Positions 51,430-64,000 of a stretch of 64,000 bases of DNA are shown one piece after another. The stretch is from Squalus acanthias (Eukaryota). The stretch is from positions 12,400,001-12,464,000 of the forward strand of contig CM059432.1 in assembly GCA_030390025.1 (NCBI GenBank), written 5' to 3'. Position numbers and translations under genes: made by a program. Position 1 is the first letter of the stretch. Each line of letters starts with the position of its first letter. A model generated the notes under the pieces. It was given only the letters and a program-made list of their open reading frames with translations. It was not told the DNA's origin and ran no database searches.

Positions 51430-51738
51430 TGAAAAAGTGCAACATCCCCACCGACACCTGGGAATCCCTGGCCCAAGACTGCACAAAGTGGAGGAGAAGC
51501 ATCCGGGAAGGCGCCGAACACCTCGAGTCTCTTCGCTGGGAGCAAGCGGAAGCCAAGCGCAAACAGCGGAAGGAGCGCACGTCAACCCAAGCACCCCATC
51601 CACCCGCCCCTTCAACCACCGTCTGCCCCACCTGTGACAGAGACTGTAGGTCCCGCATTGGACTCATCAGTCACCTGAGAACTCATTTTTAATGTGGAAG
51701 CAAGTCATCCTGGGTTCCGAGGGACTGCCAAAGAGAGG
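51430..51738 (+). mobile_element. RTE LINE 3' end inserted in a minus-strand CR1 tail (51338-52020)
   Basis: CPTCDRDCRSRIGLISHLRTH; flanking duplication CTCCCCT. Confidence 0.85.
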
Positions 51739-52213
51739 CTCCCCTGCCCTATCCCCACAGCCCTGCAAATTTTTTCCCTTTAAGTATTTATCCAATTCCC
51801 TTTGGAAAATTACTACTGAATCTGGTTCCACCGCCCTTTCAGGCAGCGCGTTCCAGATCACAAAAACTCGCAGCATAAATAAACTGTCTCCACGTCTTGA
51901 CTCTGCTTCTTTGGCCAATCACCTTAACTCTGCGTCCTCTGGTTACCGACCCTCCTGCCACTGGAAACAGTGTCTCCTTATTTACTCTGATCAAAACCCC
52001 TCATGAATTGAAACACCTCTAATTTTAGGAAATTTCTTTTGCAACAGCTGAAACGTTATATGTTGTCGCTGAGATAAAGGAAACCAAAGAACGACCCAGC
52101 CTACTTTGTGTTATTAACAAAAGGGACGCTCTCTATTTGCGAATTAGTACCTTAACACAGCCGACTGGTAAAGATCTGCTGCTGAGCATTGACAGACACA
52201 CCAACAGATGTTG

Positions 52214-52622
52214 GGAAGGGTAGCATAGTGGTAATGTTACTGGACTAGTAATCCAGAGGTCCTGGACATAATGATCCAGAGACATGAGTTCAAATCCCAC
52301 CACGGCAGCTGGGGAACTTACGTTCAGTCAATTAAATAAATCTGGAATAAAAAGCTAGTATCGGTAATGGTGACCATGAAACTAGCGGATTGTTGTATAA
52401 AACCCATCTGGTTCACTAATGTCCTTTAGGGAAGGAAATCTGCCGTCCTTACCTGGTCTGGCCTATATGTGACTCCAGACCCACAGTCTTAACTGCCCCT
52501 CTGAAATGGCCTAGCACAAGCCACTCAGTTGTACCAAACCGCTAATAAGAGCAGCGGTTCAAGAAGGGATGGGCAATAAGTGCTGGCCTTGCCCGCGACG
52601 CCCACATCCCATGAACGAATAA
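52214..52622 (+). mobile_element. tRNA-derived SINE with CR1-family-B tail
   Basis: A-box tagcatagtgg, B-box gagttcaaatcc; tail gatgggcaataagtgctggcc...cccacatcccatgaac. Confidence 0.82.
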
Positions 52623-52929
52623 ATTAGCTCCTTGATATAGAGAAAATTGGGTGAACTATTATATTTATATACACACATGAATCCAGTGTACTTCGGAACC
52701 CTTGGTGTGGTGTCCATTTTCTTTGTGGAAAAAAAAAGACAACTCAAAACACAATTTTTTTTTTTGGATGGGGCCAAGAATTTGTAGAGATTAAATGCAG
52801 TGAAATAGTTTTAAAAAAAATTCAAGTTAAAATAGTAAGACAGACAGAGTTTAGGAGGAAAGATAAGGGAAGCAGAATTAAAGGCTTCAACATTTTAAAT
52901 CTAAAATTGTTTTTATTGTTTAGTGAGGC

Positions 52930-53345
52930 ATCAGCCAGTGGCTCAGTGAGTAGCACTCGCGCCTCTGAGTCAGGAAGTCGTGGGTTCAAGTCCCACTCCA
53001 GAGACTTGAGCACATAATCTAGGCTGACGCTCCCAGTGCAGTGCTGAGATGCCGTCTTTCGGATGAGACGTTAAACCGAGGGCCCCGTCTGCCCTCTCGG
53101 GTGGACGTAAAAGATCCCACAAAACTGTTCGAATAAGAGCAGGGGAGTTCTCCCCGGTGTCCTGGCCAATATTTATCCCTCAACCAACATCACTAGAAAA
53201 CAGATTATCTGGCCATGCTGTTGCTGTGCACACATTGGCTGCCTCATTTCTCTACATTACAACAGTGACTACACTTCAAAAAGTACTTCATTGGCTGTGA
53301 AGCGCTTTGGGACGTCCTGAGGTCGGGAAAGGCACTGTAGAAAGC
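52930..53345 (+). mobile_element. SacSINE1-like SINE
   Basis: Head, body and tail. Confidence 0.85.
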
Positions 53346-53703
53346 ATGCGAGCTGTACTTAAAAAAAAAACCGTCAGCCCGGGAAGACTGGAATTTTCCT
53401 GGACCCCCCCCAAATTTAGCAAGAATTTAATAGCAAAAAAAAATCAGCCATATGCATACCCAGTCAGCGCTCTTTGGAATTCAAACAGATGACTGAATTC
53501 CAGAACCAATATGGTTGATCTGACATTGTAACATCATAGGATGCCACCAGCCGTGGAGCTGGACTTTACTACAGCTGGTTAACGTACAGTCTGATCCGAC
53601 ACAAACTGTCAGAAACGTGCTGCGAGAAGCAAGCTAACAAGGGCGAACGCACTCAAAGCTACATTACCCGCAGATACAGATTCGAAAGCAAGAACAAATC
53701 TTA

Positions 53704-54240
53704 TTGCGTCCAGTTCTGGTCACCACACTTTAGGAAGGATGTGAAGGCCCTTGAGAGGGTGCAGAGGAGATTTACCAGAATGGTTCCGGGGATGGGGGAT
53801 CTTAGCTACAAGGACAGGTTGGAGAAGCTGGATTTGTTTTCATTAGAGCAAAGGAGGTTGAGGGGTGATTTGATAGAGGTGTACAAGATTATGACGGGTT
53901 TGTCTAGGCTAGACGGGGAAAGGCTGTTCCCACTAGTTGATGGTACAAGGACCAGGGGACACAGATTTAAGGTTTTGGGCAAGAGATACAGGGGGTATGT
54001 GAGGAAAAGCTTTTTTACGCAGCGAGTGATGACCTGGAACTCACTGCCGACGGAAGTGGTGGAATCGGAGACACTCAATGTTTTCAAGGGGAGACTTGAT
54101 AGGCACTTGAGGGAAATAAACTTGCAGGGCTACGGGGATAGAGCGGGGGAATGGGACTGACTGGATTGCTCTACAGAGAGCTGGCACGGACTCGATGGGC
54201 CGAATGGCCTCCTTCTGTGCCGTTATGACGCTATGATTCT
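53704..54240 (+). mobile_element. CR1 3' end
   Basis: ORF 53741-54160 ALERVQRRFTRM... Confidence 0.9.
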
Positions 54241-54469
54241 GAAGACTTTGGTTTGGTGAAACTACCTACAGCTCAACACTACAGAAGCAACATATTTATG
54301 TGCAGTACACGTCATTCTGCATTTTGGTTGCTGTCAGTTTCGCACAGCTAAAAATAATTGAGCCTCAGCAGGCTGTAGCAATAAACAAGGTATTGTGAAA
54401 GTAAATTTAAATGGTCAATAGGATGTATTTTTACAGTTGATACACCAAGCTCAGACGCTTGTGAACTTT

Positions 54470-54930
54470 GAATGTACACGACAGAAACAGACCATTCAGC
54501 TCAAATGGTCCGTGCTCCACACGAGCCTCCTCCGACCCCTCTTCATCTCACCCAATCAACATATCCTTCTATTCCTTTCTCCCTCATGTGTTTATCTAGC
54601 TTCCCTTTGAATGCATCTGTGCTGTTCACCTCAACCACTCCCTGTGGTAGCGAGTTCCACATTCTCACCACTCTCTGGGTAAAGACGTTTCTCCTGAATT
54701 CCCTGTTGGATTTATTAGTGACCACCTTATATTTATAGCCCGGAGTTCTGGCCTCGTCCACAAGTGGAAACATCTTCTCTACGTCTACCCCATCAAACCC
54801 TTTCATAACCTTGAAGACCTCTATCAGGTCACCCCTCGGTCTTCTCTTTTCTAGAGAAAAGAGCCCCAGCCTGTTCACTCTTTCCCGATAGGTATAACCT
54901 CTCAGTTCTGGTATCATTCGAGTAAATGTT
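54470..54930 (-). mobile_element. CR1 3' end
   Basis: ORF 54543-54917. Confidence 0.88.
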
Positions 54931-55606
54931 GTTTAATAATAAGCTCTTCCTGTGTCTACATTCCAGAATTACTCTGTCATTGTAAGATCCCTTTGAAATG
55001 TCTGTCAGTCTAAATCTGTGCAGATCCAGGTATTTCCGGGCAGTCACCCAACAGTGAGTTTGAACTATCGTGAAATGATTTTCATTTGGGTTAGGGGCCT
55101 GTGCAGTGATGGAAGAATGCTACAGTTAAGCCCTTTCCTAGTAATCAGATGTAGGTCAAAACCATACGTCCCCAGGGCAGCGTTAACCTATATTTATGTT
55201 TGCTGAATGTTATGAAACAGTCATTGCCACAAAAACAGGGAGCATTTTCAAAAAGTGAAGACAAGAGAAATCGCACATTTTACAACCCAGCTTTCTATCA
55301 GAATGAAATAGACAGGATGTGTCGTGAAGGAATTAAATCTATTTCTGATTAATGCTAAAATTGCTTAAAGGGTGGGGGGGGGGGGGGAGGAAAGACAAAA
55401 AAACCCAACAAAAACACCCTTTTTAAAAATAAAATAATTGCTGGTTATGATGAGATGTACTCTTTAGAAGCAACTGGATGGCAAACATATTAATGCAGCA
55501 ACGTGCTGGATTTCAGCTTGAAACCTCAGGTGATTCCTCACCCGGGGTTCTGGGTTCCAGCTCAACTTTGGAGCTTGCAGACGATGACCCCATAACCTGC
55601 ACATAC

Positions 55607-55997
55607 TATGAGCTCCGACACGGCAAGAGAGCCCCAGGCGGGCAGAGGAAACGCTTCAAGGACACCTCAAAGCCTCCTTGAAAAAGTGCATCATCCCCAC
55701 CGACACCTGGGAATCCCTGGCCCAAGACCGCACAAAGTGGAGCAGAAACATCCGGGAAGGCGCCGAACACCTCGAGTCTCTTCGCCGGGAGCAAGCGGAA
55801 GCCAAGCGCAGGCAGCGCAAGGATCACTCGTCAACCCAAGCACCCCACCCACCCGCCCCCTTCAACCACTGTCTGCCCCACCTGTGACAGAGACTGTAGG
55901 TCCCGCATTGGACTCATCAGTCACCTGAGAACTCATTTTTAGTGTGGAAGCAAGTCAGTCCTCGGTTCCGAGGGACTGCCTCAGAAGACGACGACGA
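55607..55997 (+). mobile_element. RTE LINE 3' end
   Basis: YELRHGKRAPGGQRKRFKD, zinc finger and (GAC)n tail. Confidence 0.87.
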
Positions 55998-57304
55998 CAT
56001 ACAATCTGAGCTCTCACACGGAAATCATTTTTATAGGCAAGAATACATGACATAAAACCCTTTCCCTCGCACTAGTCTAGGAACACTGGGAGTTAAAGAT
56101 GACTCGCCTGCTCAAAAGAGCATGTTAACATCTGGACACGGCGGGAAGACAGTGGGAGCAGAGGGGGGAAGACGCTGCCCTCATTTTAACTGCCCCCCCC
56201 ACTCCCCCAAGCCGGTTCCGCCAGGCAGGGAGAGTTAAAATCAGGACCCATAGTCCAATAGTCAGAACCTTCAAGATAGGATGGTAGAAAACTGTGAGGA
56301 GGTGAGAGTGGGGGAAGCGGTGTGGTTTCTGTATGGGAGGAAGATAAAGGGAACCTTTGCATGAACTCTTAAGTTAAGATAAGAATTAGGAGCAGGAGTC
56401 GGCCATACGGCCCCTCGAGCCTGCTCCACCATTCAATAAGATCATGGCAGATCATCGACCTCAACTCCACTTTCCTGCCCGATCTCCATATCCCTTGAAT
56501 CCCCTAGAGTCCAAAAATCTATCGATCTCAGCCTTGAATATCCTCAATATAGTTCCTGATTGGAAATCAAAATCTTCCATACTGTTTTTCATCCTTCTCA
56601 CTGTTTGGGTATTTTCACCATACCTCCAGCAGTTGAAACAAGTGACCCGACTTTGGGTTTGGTTGACATGATGCCAATACAGTTATAGAACTACAGGAAG
56701 AATGTGCCACGGAGTCGAAATCAGGGACCCCCCAAGATTGCCCAAAGACCCTGGTTTGAAGACATATGCTCCAGGCTTAAGATAAAGTTGTGCTACTTTT
56801 AGCTTTTTAATCCTTCCAAACACATCATTACAATGGCAGAACAACATTTTAAGAGAACACACAGAACATTTCATCACAATAATGGCCGCCCGTTCCAGCC
56901 CCTGGGCCAGCTATCCTTGACAAACGCTTCCCTACCAGACCATTAACTGTGGCCCCCATCTCCACTGATAAATAACTTTCATCACAGAAGGGAAGAAAAC
57001 TACAGAAGCTCCACTTAACGCCACTTCTAACGAGCGTAACTGAGCCCTTGCCCAAAGGGCATTCTGAAATTTACAATGAAATAGTTGTGGCTAATTCAAT
57101 TTTCCAATCATCATTCTGCTTTGGATTAACCTGGAGTCAGTGAAGTTATAAGGAAAAGGGCAGGTGCACTGATGGCATGCATGACTATATCAAATGGTCA
57201 AATGCTGGGCTGCTTTGTGCCATGGCCTTATGCCTACAAGTTGACACTAGCCAGAACACATTTTTACTTCAGACATATTAGTGTTCAGATTAAGGGGACT
57301 TTTT

Positions 57305-57650
57305 TCATTCCTGGGGCGTGGGCGTCGCTGGCAAAGCCAGCGTTTATTGCCCAAGGCCAGCGTTTATTGCCCAAAACCAACGTTTATTGCCCAAGGCCAG
57401 CGTTTATTGCCCATCCCTTGAGGAGGCGGTGGTGAGCCGCCTTCTTGAACCGCTGCGGTCCGTGCGGTGAAGGTTTCTCCCAACAGTGCTGTTGGGGAGG
57501 GAGTTCCAGGATTTTGACCCAGTGACGATGAAGGAACGGCCGATAAACTTCCAAGTCAGGATGGTGTGAGACTTGGAGGCGGTGGTGTTCCCGTGCGCCT
57601 GCCGCCCTTGTCCTTCTAGATGGGAGAGGTCGCGGGTTTGGGAGGTGCTG
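57305..57650 (-). mobile_element. CR1 family B 3' end with a 20-bp tandem expansion (57332-57413)
   Basis: Four copies of CAAGGCCAGCGTTTATTGCC-like units. Confidence 0.82.
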
Positions 57651-58459
57651 GGTTCTGAACTCAATTACCAGGGGGGGTAAATGTGTTCCAACTTTTGTCA
57701 GCCTCCCTTGCTAGATACTTCAATGCTGCATGTATTCAGACCAGTTAGGTCACGCCAGTAGCTGCAGTACTGGTTCCAGCCAACACGGCCTGGCTCCAGC
57801 TGCTATGCTCTGGCCTAGAAGAAAGCTAAGCACACATGCACAGCGCTCCTCTCTCCCAACAGTTTAACATTTAAATATTTAGAGTGTGCAGGCAGCAGAA
57901 TCCCTACTCTCTAAACATTTGATTCCAGGTAGGTTTAAAAAAAGTGGTCAGATGGTCTTTGAAGAGCGAGTTTTACACCGCACTGGAGTTATATGTGTCT
58001 GCATTTTAAAATAGAGTGGGGAAACAAAAAATCAGTCGATGCACTTCTGTACTCCAACAAATGCTGCTGTATCAACAAATCGAGCAGGATCAACATCTTT
58101 TTTCACCCCACCCCCTTCATTCTGCTTTTTGATTAATTGGAATATTTTTGTTTAAAGTGCGAATATTGAGGATGCTTTGGTCAATTTGCGGCAGAGGAGT
58201 TACTGAGCAGTGGGAGGGAGCTGAAATCATATAATTAAGATTGCTTGAGCACATAGGAGCGCCCTGGATCTCCCAGCCCAGCATCCAACTGCGTTTTGAA
58301 CAACCGTAATGTTGGCCACCGCCTTCCAGAAGCCGACACGAGAGACCCCACTGAGCGGAAACTCTGCTTTGCAGTCAGCGTGGTAGAGCATTTGGTTCAG
58401 ATTGTTTCAGGAACTGTGTCTTCCTTGGAAACTTACCAAGAATACCCCTCTGAAATATA

Positions 58460-58730
58460 AGATAGTCACGTATAAATCCAGTAAAGGACTTCAGGAGAAA
58501 CTTCTACAGCCAGAGAGTGGTGAGAACGTGGAACTTGCTACCACAGGGAGTAGTTGAGGCGAATAGCATTTAAGGGGAAGCTAGATAAACACACGAGGGA
58601 GAAAGGAATAGAAGGTTATGCTGATCGGGTTAGATGGAGTAGGGGTGGGAGGAGGCTCGTGTGGAGCATAAACACCGGCACGGACCAGTTGGGCCGAATG
58701 GCCTCTTTCTGTGCTGTAAATTCTATGTAA
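58460..58730 (+). mobile_element. CR1 3' end
   Basis: RVVRTWNLLP remnant plus tail. Confidence 0.8.
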
Positions 58731-59871
58731 ATCGAAGCACATCGCTTTGTCTCTGCTAACGTTGCTCCTGTAGGATTTTTTGAGTCAGTTCTCCTGATGG
58801 GACCATTTGCAGTGATTGTTTATTATTTGAAACACAGCTGTAGGATTAGTCATCCTAATCTGACACCATTTTCTTTCTTGTGATGCAATCTGTTTTATTT
58901 TCTCCCCTATTTCCTCTTCCTGCAGATTCTTCCTCCTAATACCTACCCCGGACCAAAAATCTGCTCCGCCTTCAAAACGCTCTCTCGCGTCCTCCGAAAG
59001 TCGATGGCAGTAAGCTCGCACACTCCCAGTGACATCAGCCAAGGGCATCCATTTTAAATGCATTCACTTAGTGTCACTGGTGTCAGGTTGTTCAATCGCT
59101 TTTCAGAACAATGATGAATCATCTTTTCCCCACCTACCAGCTCTTACTAAAAAGAGAGCCTAGTTAAATAATGAACTCACTTTCAAGAACTATTTTGCAG
59201 AAACCAAAAGGAGGGGAAAAAACACATCCCCCCCAACCCACCCCCTTGGGACACATCTCTGGTAACGACTTACCCTTTTATAGCGATTAGCCCAATAGTT
59301 ACCTCCCATTAAATACAATTGCATCACCTAGTTGTTCCATAAAATATGGGTGCAATACAGGCAATAGCTAAATAACAAAACACTACACATACATACATTA
59401 CACACACACAGAGCAGAATCACATTATGCAACTGGACTGAGCAGATCCCTCTGATTTCCTTCCTCTCCAATGCTCACAAAACCTCAGCGCAGCCTTTGTT
59501 TCAGTGCTTTTCTCAGTTTGCACTGTCTCACAGTCGGTCAATGAACCGCAGGCCCCCTCCCTCCCTCCCTCCCTCCCTCCCTCCCTTGTTGCTCACATCT
59601 CCTGCACCTGCCGGAGTTGCACAAGCCCATTTGTAACAGTTTACTTGATTTGACGTATTGGTTTATTCAGACGTGCATTAGCTTCAGGCACCCATTAAGT
59701 GAAACTTTCCTAACCAGTCTTGCAAAGGCCCTCCCACTTTTCTTCTGACCAATCCCTCACGTACCTGCCATTCCAGTTATTAATGCATTCTAGATGCTTG
59801 GTGCAAATCTGGCCTTAATGTTCCTCTTGTATGCTAAAGATGGTCTTTGCCCAACATTTTCAGGTGCACTA

Positions 59872-60712
59872 CCTCTTTGACCAAGGTTTTGGTCCACCTG
59901 TCCCAATATCTCCTTATGTGGGTCGGTGTCAAATTTTGCTCGATAACGCTCTTGTGAAGTGCCTTGGGGTGTTTAACTATGTTAAAGGCGCTATATAAAT
60001 GCAATTTGTTGTTCTTGTAGTAATGAGCTGCTGCATCTAATTTCCCGTTAAATACTCCGAGACAGGAGGAAGTAAGTGGTATCTACACGAGATAAACCAC
60101 AGCCGTATCAGCTTAATAATTCACACAGATCTGCATGTTGACGTCTTGGCTCGCCTCCCACATTCTACCCTACCTACGTAAACTTGAGGTCATCCAAAAC
60201 TCGGCTGCCCGTGTCCTAACTCGCACCAAGTCCCGTTCGCCCATCACCCCTGTGCTCGCTGACCTACATTGGCTCCCGGTTAAGCAGCGCCTCGATTTCA
60301 AAATTCTCATCCTTGTTTTCAAATCCCTCCATGGCCTCGCCCCCTCCTATCTCTGTAATCTCCTTCAGCTCCACAATCCCCTCCCCCCACCCTGAGATAT
60401 CTGCGCTCCTCTAATTCTGCCCTCTTGAGCATCCCTGATTATAATCGCACAACCATTGGTGGCCGTGCCTTCTGTTGCCTAGGCCTTAAGCTCTGGAATT
60501 CCCTGCCTAAACCTCTCCGCCTCGCTACCTCTCTTTCCTCCTTTAAGACGCTCCTTAAAGCCTACCTCTTTGACCAAGCTTTTGGTCACCTGCCCTAATT
60601 TCTCCTTATGTGGCTCGGTGTCAAATTTTTTGTCTTATAACACTCCTGTGCAGCGCCTTGGGACTGTTTTACTACGTTAAAGGCGCTATATAAATACAAG
60701 TTGTTGTTGTTG
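59872..60712 (+). mobile_element. Two L2 3' ends (59872-60018, 60140-60712)
   Basis: IQNSAARVLTRTK...LHWLPVKQR; L2 tails. Confidence 0.87.
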
Positions 60713-61322
60713 TCTTCCCTAAACCACCACTCTAGAATCATGCAATCTATTCTATCCACACTTGAATAATTCAGCATTAGCTCTACAGCATTTTAACAAA
60801 ACCCCCCCACAAAGGTCCTGTTGTGTTGCCTGGGATATTTTGATGAGTTGTCATGACTAAGCTCATCCAACTGCAGTTTCAGTTACCTGGACATGCACAA
60901 GGGCAATGAGTACAATAACTTGCTTTCTATAACATACTTCTGAAGATTTGGAGCACTTTACTGGGCACAGAGGACCGGGGAGGGGGAGAAACTGATGGTG
61001 AGCAGGAGGGAAAAGAGAAGCCAAAGTTAGAAGAGCAATAGCATAGCTGAAGAGAAAGATTTTTTTTTTTTTTAGGAAATGTTTGAAAGCTTGGTGATGT
61101 GAGGGGAGGAGGATAGGGAGGAAGAGGAACAATCACCAGTGGTGGAGCATACCTGTGCCAAGAGGATTTCAGACAGGAGCAAAAGGCTGGAAGAGACAGG
61201 AGAGGCAGCAGTGGGCAGCAGTGATGGAGTCCCGAGGCATGTAGGTTCGAGCGGGAACCAACAGGGATAGCTCCAATTTTGCTGCAGGAGTTTACAGTTC
61301 ATCTCGGTTTTAATGCCAGATA

Positions 61323-63030
61323 AAAAGAACGAAAGGACTTGCATTTATATAGCGCCGTTGACCTCAGAACCTCCCAAAGCTGATGAAGTACTTTTTGAAG
61401 TGGAGTCACTGTTGTAATGTAGGAAGCACGGCACCCAATTTGCGCACAGCAAGCTCCCACAAACAAAATTGAGCTGATCATCTGCTTTTCGACGTTGGTT
61501 GAGGGATAAATATTGGGCAGGGTACGAAGGAGAACTAGGAAATGGGGGCCTAGAAATTTGGGTGGTTTGCGCCACCCAATAACGCCGTGAAATAGCGGAA
61601 AAAACGGCAGCCGGCGCTCTTCCGGCAGCGGGTACTGTGGTAACCGCCATTTTCGGCAGGTTGTCGGCGCTGCCGTTAACTGATATCGGCATGAGTATTT
61701 TAATGAGGTGGAGCGTGACGTCAATCGGTGTGCAACGCTGAGTTGACACCAGCTCATGCATTTTGGAGCTCTCCGCTCGCATTGCCGCCCGCGCTGAATC
61801 GCGCCAGTGAGCGCTGCCGCTAAAAGATCTTTCAGCAGCGGTAACGGCTGACGTAAGAAAACTACTAGGCACTTTCTCTAAGCGTTAAACAAAGCTTTAA
61901 TCAACTGTTATACAACATGGAGATCTAGTTGTCCTTCACTAGTTCCTGTTAAAGAATGTCCTGAGCAAGCTGGGCCCATGCCCGAGTATTTATACTCTCC
62001 CTGGACAGCGTCACCCGCAGGCCACTCAGTATTATTTCATAAGTCATTTCCCATGAATGACAAGATTCATGTCAACGGCCATGAGGAGTCTGGCAGGACC
62101 TCTGAGGATGGACGCCGGCACTTCAAACGCCTCCTTTGCCAAGGAAAGTTTCATTTTTTTGCTCATCAGTGGCAGGGGAGGGGTTGCATTTTCTGGCAGC
62201 TTTCCGGGAGGCCAACAGTGTTTGTGGGTCAGTGAATCAATGGGTGAACTCTACTGTAAGGATTGAAAATGATCTGTGATAAAATCTCTTTTATCTGCAT
62301 TCATAAACAAACAAACAAAAAAATAAATAAATCGCTAAACATCGGGTGGCAGCTAATATTTTTGGAGCGCGTACGGCAACTGTTCGGGGTCGCTCCTTTC
62401 TTCCCCGCTCCCCTACACTGTGAGCGGGAGACTGAGGCAACCTTTGGCCTCCTTCTGACATTAGTGCTGCAAAGAGCGCGTTGCACTGGCAAATCATCGC
62501 CACGCTGACGATAATGAGCAGGCGGTACCAAAATGCCGATACCGCCTGCGCTCTCGCAGGCTGGGGCCGTTATCCTCGGCCGCCAACGTTACCGCAGGTT
62601 TCCCGCGTTCCCCAATGGACCTGAGGATATCTTTCCTCTCTATAAAACTGTACCGCCCGCTCCCCGCTGATGGACCGTGTCCATTGGAAAGCAAATAAAC
62701 TGGGCAGTTCTCTTGAGTCGGGGAATCTGTGACCTGCTTAATACAGTGGTGAGCTGCTGATTGACGCCAAAATGTTATTTTAACTACAACTCGGGTGGGA
62801 GGCCCGCCCGGTGTCAAACCCGCCGGAGAAGCCTGGCAGGAGACAGCAGAGTGGCCAGGAGAGGCCATGGTACGATTTATTTTTATTTTCCAGCGTTCCC
62901 AGTTTCTCGGCCGGATCTTTAACGTCTCATCCGAAAGACGGCGATGTTCAAGTCTCTGGAGCGGGACCCGAAACCGCAACCTTCTGAATCAGAAGCGAGA
63001 GTGCTCGCCACTGAGCCACGGCTGACACTG
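61323..63030 (-). mobile_element. SacSINE1-like SINE pieces (61323-61520, 62913-63030) separated by a GC-rich putative DNA-transposon insert
   Basis: SINE tail and head on the same strand; imperfect inverted termini at 61547 and 62912. Confidence 0.55.
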
Positions 63031-63654
63031 AGCAGTTGGCGGGTGCAGCAATGGTTTGGGGGGATTGATGGAAGACGTAAAAAGGTAAAAGCTGGGGTCA
63101 CTGATGTAGACCTGGAAGCTGGCCCCGTGCTTCTGGGCGATATTGTCAAAGGCCAGCATATAGGCGACGGAGAGAAAGGGACCAAAGTTGGAGCTTTGGG
63201 ACAAGTCATAGGTGGCTGTGCAAGCACAGGAGGAGAAACTATTGGAAGAGAGGCAATGATTTTATTTCAACGGCATTTGAGAGTGCCCAAATTTCAAGTG
63301 TTTCTTTTTTCCTCTGGTTTTGTTGGCCGCAGGGCTTTCTTAATGTTTCAAAGAGTAGAATTTAATGACCGTAGTTTGGACACAAGACTGTTCGGAAATA
63401 ACTTGCAGCAAGAAATTTTGACAAAAGAATTAGATAACATGTTTCAGAGTGGTGTTCCATCGAGTTTAACGTAAAAAGAACTGCAAGCGATAAACCCATG
63501 TGCACAGTATAAATCAACAGTGTACTTTCTGTCTGTGCTGGAATACCAATGCCCTATGCTCCAGAGTGATAGGATGTTTGTTTGTGCTCCAAGTGCAGGC
63601 TGGATGTTATCCCACATAGTGGGGCAAAGAAAATGAGGGGGTAAATCACTGGTT

Positions 63655-63850
63655 AAGCCCCCAGCTGGAGCATTGTGTCCAATTCTGGGCACCACACTTT
63701 AGGAAGGATGTCAAGGCCTTAGGGGAAGGGTGCAGAGGAGATTTACTAGAATGGGACCAGGGATGCGGGACTTCAGTTAAGTGGAGAGACCAGAGAAGCT
63801 AGGGTTGGTTGTTCTCCTTAGAGTAGGGAAGGTTAAGGGGAGATTGAATC
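63655..63850 (+). mobile_element. CR1 fragment
   Basis: QLEHCVQFWAPHFRKDVK. Confidence 0.8.
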
Positions 63851-63854
63851 ATAA

Positions 63855-64000
63855 AGGAACATCGAGGAACGGCACCTCATCTTTCGATTAGGCACTTTAC
63901 AGCCTTCTGGACTCAACATCGAGTTCAACAATTTCAGAACATAACCTCTGCCCCATCTTTTTTTTCCTTTTTTTTTCTCTCTCTCACATGGCAGCTGTCA
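63855..64000 (+). mobile_element. PLE family A GIY-YIG C-terminus and start of 3' UTR (runs off the window)
   Basis: Near-identical to 30340-30475 (HLIFRLGTLQPSGLNIEFNNFRT*). Confidence 0.85.

Overview
Eukaryotic, repeat-dominated DNA, almost certainly from a cartilaginous fish (shark or ray). This is judged from HE1-like V-SINEs, SacSINE1/Deu-like SINEs and abundant CR1/L2 LINE fragments. No host protein-coding gene can be confidently called, and most recognisable ORFs in the track are CR1, L2, RTE, Tx1 or Penelope fragments; the region is probably intronic or intergenic. The most interesting content is at least 13 short Penelope-like (PLE) insertions from two families. Most carry a minimal hammerhead-ribozyme motif (CUGANGA-A-stem II-GAAA-palindromic helix III) with compensatory base changes, and most have 10-15 bp target-site duplications. 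Five form insertion-specific fold-back palindromes, and two of these place hammerhead cores back-to-back on opposite strands. Also present are two Tc1/mariner (Tigger-like) MITEs with co-varying TIRs, three SINE/LINE 3'-tail partnerships, and an unexplained 0.9 kb block near the start with a tandem repeat and an SF3-helicase-like motif. Boundaries of old LINE/SINE fragments are approximate and were read by eye.
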